Part shown: one piece after another, positions 60,268 through 64,000 of the stretch
How positions within the stretch are numbered: position 1 is the stretch's first letter
How the letters are laid out: each line of letters opens with the position of its first letter
NCBI GenBank assembly: GCA_964621195.1
Contig: CAZULJ010000002.1
Location: 19,665 to 83,664 of the forward strand
Length of the DNA: 64,000 nt
Origin: an uncultured Candidatus Saccharibacteria bacterium
Lineage (GTDB): Bacteria; Patescibacteriota; Dojkabacteria; SC72
Direction of reading: 5' to 3'
Position numbers and translations under genes: made by a program
The notes under the pieces: model-generated
Seen by the model: only the letters and a program-made list of their open reading frames with translations
The model's database searches: none
What the model was told of the DNA's origin: nothing

Positions 60268-60447
60268 ATGTACGAAAACCCTGGTTCCGTATTGGGAGCT
60301 TCAACTGCAGCTATAATCTTGCCTGCGACAGCTAGTGCAATAACTGGAATTGACTATTTACTCCTCCTAGGAGCATTCTTAGTCTTTTTAGTAGTATACA
60401 ATCTTGCAGTAAAAGCTATCTCATATTTCCTTTCTAAGAGAGGATAA
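60268..60447 (+). CDS. 59-aa peptide with an LPxT-like sorting signal, TM and basic tail
   Basis: MYENPGSVLGASTAAII-LPATA-hydrophobic segment-SKRG; 8 nt upstream of the GT2 gene. Confidence 0.65.
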   Translation: MYENPGSVLGASTAAIILPATASAITGIDYLLLLGAFLVFLVVYNLAVKAISYFLSKRG

Positions 60448-60455
60448 TCAGTATT

Positions 60456-61721
60456 GTGAATATTCATAATATTGTTCTAACAACCTCTCTTGTAATTTCA
60501 GGAATTGCAATCTTCAGATACTTTGTGTATCTGATTTTTGCACCTTTGTATGAATTCCAAAGAATTTTGATATTAAAAAGCTCAAAGAAGAAATCAAAAA
60601 AACAGATTGAGAAATCTATGAAGATATCTGTAATAGTTCCTGCATGGAATGAGGAAGTTGGTATTTCAACATCAATATCTTCGCTATTGGAGAGTAGCTA
60701 TAATAACTTGGAGATAGTTGTTGTAAATGATGGGTCTACAGATTCAACAAATCGCATAATTCGAAGTTATTTGAGGAAGAAGAATGTAGAGGGCAAGAAT
60801 CTAAAAGGCAAAAGTATCGTATATATAAATAAGAGAAAGAATGCAGGGAAGGGAGCTGCTCTAAACTCTGGTATAAAACGTAGTTCTGGGGATATTATTG
60901 TAACAATGGATGCAGATACTAAGTTTGAAAACGATGCATTATACAATGTTGCACGATATTTTCAGAATAAGGATATAGATTGTGGAGTTGGCAACGTAAA
61001 AGTTTCAAATACTAAGAGTCTATTGGGATTAATTCAGCAAATTGAATATACATTTGGTTTTTACTTTAAAAGGATGCACTCAGTTCTTAATTGTGAATAC
61101 ATAATTGGGGGAGCCTTTGGTGTTTATAGGAGGAATATTTTCGATAATTACGGTTACTTTGATGAGAAAAACAAGACTGAAGATATTGAGTTCTCGACAA
61201 GATTGAGCTCATATGGCTTGAAGTGCTTTTTCATGGAGGATGCGATTGCTTATACAGAGGGTGCCTCGAGTCTAGATGGCTTGTTAAAGCAAAGGACAAG
61301 ATGGAAGCGAGGGAGGATTGATACCTTCCTGCGATACCTTAATCTCTTTTTTAGTCTTGAGAAGAGACACAGCAAGGTTCTCTCATGGTTTGTTCTTCCA
61401 TTGGCTCTTGTTGGAGATTTTGAACTTCTTTTGTTTCCTATACTTTTTCCATTGATCATGTTCTATACCTTTGATTTTGGTAGCTTCAATTACTGGATTT
61501 CGTGGATAATATTTTTCTCATTTGTTGTTCTATTATCTTATCTCTTTGGCTCTAAGAGGAATGCTTTGCAAAGCATTCTGTTAATACCGGTCTTTTATTT
61601 TCTTGCCTTTATACTTGTTTTTACTGAAATCTATGCCATGTTGAAGTCAATATCCTTGCTTATTAAAGGTAAGGATATTGTTTGGCAAAGGTGGGAGAGA
61701 AAGGGGGTGGAAAATGTATAG
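60456..61721 (+). CDS. Membrane GT2 glycosyltransferase (PgaC/IcaA-like)
   Basis: VPAWNEE, VNDGSTD, GKGAALN, DAD, TED, QRTRW; N- and C-terminal TMs. Confidence 0.9.
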   Translation: MNIHNIVLTTSLVISGIAIFRYFVYLIFAPLYEFQRILILKSSKKKSKKQIEKSMKISVIVPAWNEEVGISTSISSLLESSYNNLEIVVVNDGSTDSTNRIIRSYLRKKNVEGKNLKGKSIVYINKRKNAGKGAALNSGIKRSSGDIIVTMDADTKFENDALYNVARYFQNKDIDCGVGNVKVSNTKSLLGLIQQIEYTFGFYFKRMHSVLNCEYIIGGAFGVYRRNIFDNYGYFDEKNKTEDIEFSTRLSSYGLKCFFMEDAIAYTEGASSLDGLLKQRTRWKRGRIDTFLRYLNLFFSLEKRHSKVLSWFVLPLALVGDFELLLFPILFPLIMFYTFDFGSFNYWISWIIFFSFVVLLSYLFGSKRNALQSILLIPVFYFLAFILVFTEIYAMLKSISLLIKGKDIVWQRWERKGVENV

Positions 61722-62334
61722 AAGTATATTAAAAATTTCGATACTATTACTTTTCTTCGTTGGATTCGGTTATCTATCGTCTAGAGTTGTTTCTTATGTG
61801 GAAAGTAATATTCGTCTATGGGAAAGGATTGAGGCGTATGTAAACAGTAGGGAGGGAGTCATCGAAGAGGAGTTAATTCTTGTTAGTGTCGAGGAGAAAG
61901 TTGAAATAGAGGAGGATAATGTGAATTTGGGGGTACCAGTAAGTATAAGGATTGAGAGTGTAGGTATCGATTTGGAGGTAAAAGAGGGTATCTACGATTA
62001 CGAGGAAAGGGTTTGGACAATAACAAATGGCTATGCATATTGGGCAAATCTCTCAGACTCAATATTTCAGAAAAATTCTAATACCGTAATATATGCTCAT
62101 AATCAGAAGAACGAGTTTGGGAAATTAAAAAATATTAATATAGGAGATAAGATTGTTGTAACTACAGACTCTGGGAATACCCTTGTGTTTGAATATTTCT
62201 CCGATAATATTGTAGATCCAAATAACTCCTCTGTAATTTTCGAAGAAGTTGATGTTTCTAGACTCGTCCTTATTACTTGTAATGGTGTGTTTAGTGAGGA
62301 TCGTAGGATTTTGTATGCACGATTAGTTGATTAA
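61714..62334 (+). CDS. Sortase
   Basis: N-terminal TM, NTVIYAHN, LVLITC, downstream Arg; ATG 61714 overlaps the GT2 end. Confidence 0.85.
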   Translation: MYRSILKISILLLFFVGFGYLSSRVVSYVESNIRLWERIEAYVNSREGVIEEELILVSVEEKVEIEEDNVNLGVPVSIRIESVGIDLEVKEGIYDYEERVWTITNGYAYWANLSDSIFQKNSNTVIYAHNQKNEFGKLKNINIGDKIVVTTDSGNTLVFEYFSDNIVDPNNSSVIFEEVDVSRLVLITCNGVFSEDRRILYARLVD

Positions 62335-62400
62335 TATTCTGGTTGATATATTCTCATATTTTTGAAAAAATGGAATATATATAAATTGAGAGGCTAGAAT

Positions 62401-62604
62401 ATGAAAGTTTCTATAGATCAAACAAAGTGTGTAGCTTGTGGCTCATGCGTAGCTATTTGTCCTGAAGTTTTTGAAATGAAAGAGGATGGTACTGTTGATG
62501 TAAAAGCTGAGTGGAAGGGAAAAGAAATACCAGAGGAGTTACAAGCTAAGGTTCAGGAAGCACATGATATGTGTCCTGCAACAGCCATTGTAATAGAGTC
62601 TTAG
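62401..62604 (+). CDS. Single-cluster ferredoxin
   Basis: CVACGSC...CPEVF...CPATAI. Confidence 0.9.
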   Translation: MKVSIDQTKCVACGSCVAICPEVFEMKEDGTVDVKAEWKGKEIPEELQAKVQEAHDMCPATAIVIES

Positions 62605-62605
62605 T

Positions 62606-63196
62606 ATGTCTAAGCATCCAGAAAAGATACTTTGTATACAGAGTGAAAAACTCTTTAGGTTGGGTAAATGGAATGGTCTTAAAACAGAAGACTTAGATTC
62701 ATACTTGAAGATTCTAAGGGAGGAGAGTGAATTTAGGGTAAGGGATGAGTTGGAATTAGATACCTCATACAAGCAGATAATTGGCCAGGTATTACTTAGA
62801 TACAATGGTAAATATTTCTTACATAAGCAGGTTAACAGGACAGAGGAGAGATTAAACTCTCTTTGTCCTTTACCATTGGGTGGTCATATTGAGGAGTTTG
62901 ATATTGTAGAGGGTAGGGATATATTTGAGATTGCATTGGATAGAGAATTGCATGAAGAAGCAGAGGTTAATTCTAAGATTGTTAAGAAGGAGTTTTTGGG
63001 TCTTGTATATTTGGAGGATGAGAATCCTGTTAATCATGTTCATGTTGGTCTTTTCTATATATATGATTTGGATGGTATGGACGTACATATTAGAGAAGAA
63101 GGGTTAGAAGATATTGGCTTTGTTAGTTTGGAGTATCTTAAAAACAACAAAGAGACTCTTACATATTGGAGTCGTATAGTTATATATCATTTATAA
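62606..63196 (+). CDS. NUDIX-family phosphoesterase
   Basis: YKQII, GGHIE..RELHEE, N.VHVG, WS. Confidence 0.8.
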   Translation: MSKHPEKILCIQSEKLFRLGKWNGLKTEDLDSYLKILREESEFRVRDELELDTSYKQIIGQVLLRYNGKYFLHKQVNRTEERLNSLCPLPLGGHIEEFDIVEGRDIFEIALDRELHEEAEVNSKIVKKEFLGLVYLEDENPVNHVHVGLFYIYDLDGMDVHIREEGLEDIGFVSLEYLKNNKETLTYWSRIVIYHL

Positions 63197-63200
63197 ACGT

Positions 63201-63629
63201 ATGGATGATTGTATATTTTGTAAGATTGTAAAAGGTGAGATACCTTGTTACAAGATCTATGAAGATGAATACTTCTTAGCATTTTTAGATATCTCTGAAT
63301 TTACACCTGGTCATACATTAGTAATTCCTAAAAAACATTACCGATTTATATGGAATGTAGATGATATTTCAGGATATGCTCAGGCTGTAAAAAAGATCTG
63401 TTCCCACTATACTGAAGTATTAGGTTACAAGTATGTAGATACACTTTCTTTTGGTAGGATGGTTCCTCATGCTCATATACATCTTGTCCCTCATAACAAT
63501 GGGGAAGGTGGTTGGGAGGATTCTTTGAATAAAATTTGTGAGATGCAAGATGATGAGAGTAGAAGATTAACTCCGCAGAGAGGAAAAGATGCGATGGAGA
63601 AGTTCAAACTACCTGTCGAAGAATTGTAA
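63201..63629 (+). CDS. HIT-family hydrolase
   Basis: CIFCKI, GHTLVIPKKH, VPHAHIHLVP. Confidence 0.92.
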   Translation: MDDCIFCKIVKGEIPCYKIYEDEYFLAFLDISEFTPGHTLVIPKKHYRFIWNVDDISGYAQAVKKICSHYTEVLGYKYVDTLSFGRMVPHAHIHLVPHNNGEGGWEDSLNKICEMQDDESRRLTPQRGKDAMEKFKLPVEEL

Positions 63630-64000
63630 GATCTCTGTCATATATTCTGTATCTACATCGAAGTGTGTTTTCCCTTGAAGGGTTACTAACTCAATATCAT
63701 GCCCCCATGTTTTCATACTGTTTACGAAATTTACAACACTACTGTATGGGACATTAACGTCTGCATTACCATGCCATATCTTTATATCAATATCTGCTAT
63801 CTTACTTGCCCTTGTTTGATTCCACTCAGAAGTCCTTGTTGTAGGTGCAAGTAGTGCTATCTTAGATATCATTTCAGGATACTCTGATGCAAAGTTCATA
63901 GTGGGTAACCCGCCCATGCTAAAACCGAGTAGATATATCTCTGAGCTAACAAAGTAGTTCTCATCTACCCAAGATTTTAAATTAAGAGTATCCCTTATTG
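63609..64000 (-). CDS. Alpha/beta hydrolase, 5' part outside the window
   Basis: The frame is open to the window end; YLLGFSMGG nucleophile elbow, WHGNAD..VP, GKTH. Confidence 0.8.
   Translation of the reverse strand, partial: IRDTLNLKSWVDENYFVSSEIYLLGFSMGGLPTMNFASEYPEMISKIALLAPTTRTSEWNQTRASKIADIDIKIWHGNADVNVPYSSVVNFVNSMKTWGHDIELVTLQGKTHFDVDTEYMTEILQFFDR

Noticed and set aside
1-64000. CRISPR array, rRNA, prophage, IS element or alternative genetic code
   Set aside because: No spaced repeats, rRNA motifs, phage or transposase genes were seen. Conserved genes are uninterrupted under code 11, and TGA ends the DGR target gene.

Overview
AT-rich bacterial chromosome segment using the standard code (TGA is used as a stop). 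The gene set suggests a Patescibacteria/CPR organism, possibly Dojkabacteria-like (inference): no uL30, sparse Shine-Dalgarno sequences, homodimeric GlyRS, archaeal-type UMP kinase. Positions ~2.2-20.6 kb hold fusA-tuf and the S10-spc-alpha ribosomal superoperon, which lacks rpmC, rpmD and map; both elongation factors have altered G4 motifs. Next come a toxin-antitoxin pair, RNase P RNA, fmt and queA/tgt. The clearest accessory system is a complete diversity-generating retroelement (DGR): the VR (33012-33133) and TR (33511-33632) differ at 14 positions, all TR adenines. Its secreted C-type-lectin-like target is the last gene of a run with a large fibronectin-III surface protein and a MacB-like ABC transporter, and its RT is transcribed convergently to TR-avd. 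The remainder is housekeeping (rny, HU, greA and a paralog, trmD, glyQS, lysS, serS, miaA, degenerate SecD/F-like genes), two tRNAs and a decayed patch beside tRNA-Pro. A compact cluster near 60-62 kb encodes a 59-aa LPxT-like sorting-signal peptide, a membrane GT2 glycosyltransferase and a sortase, and may be an undescribed glycan-anchoring system. All product calls come from motif recognition by eye; no searches were run.
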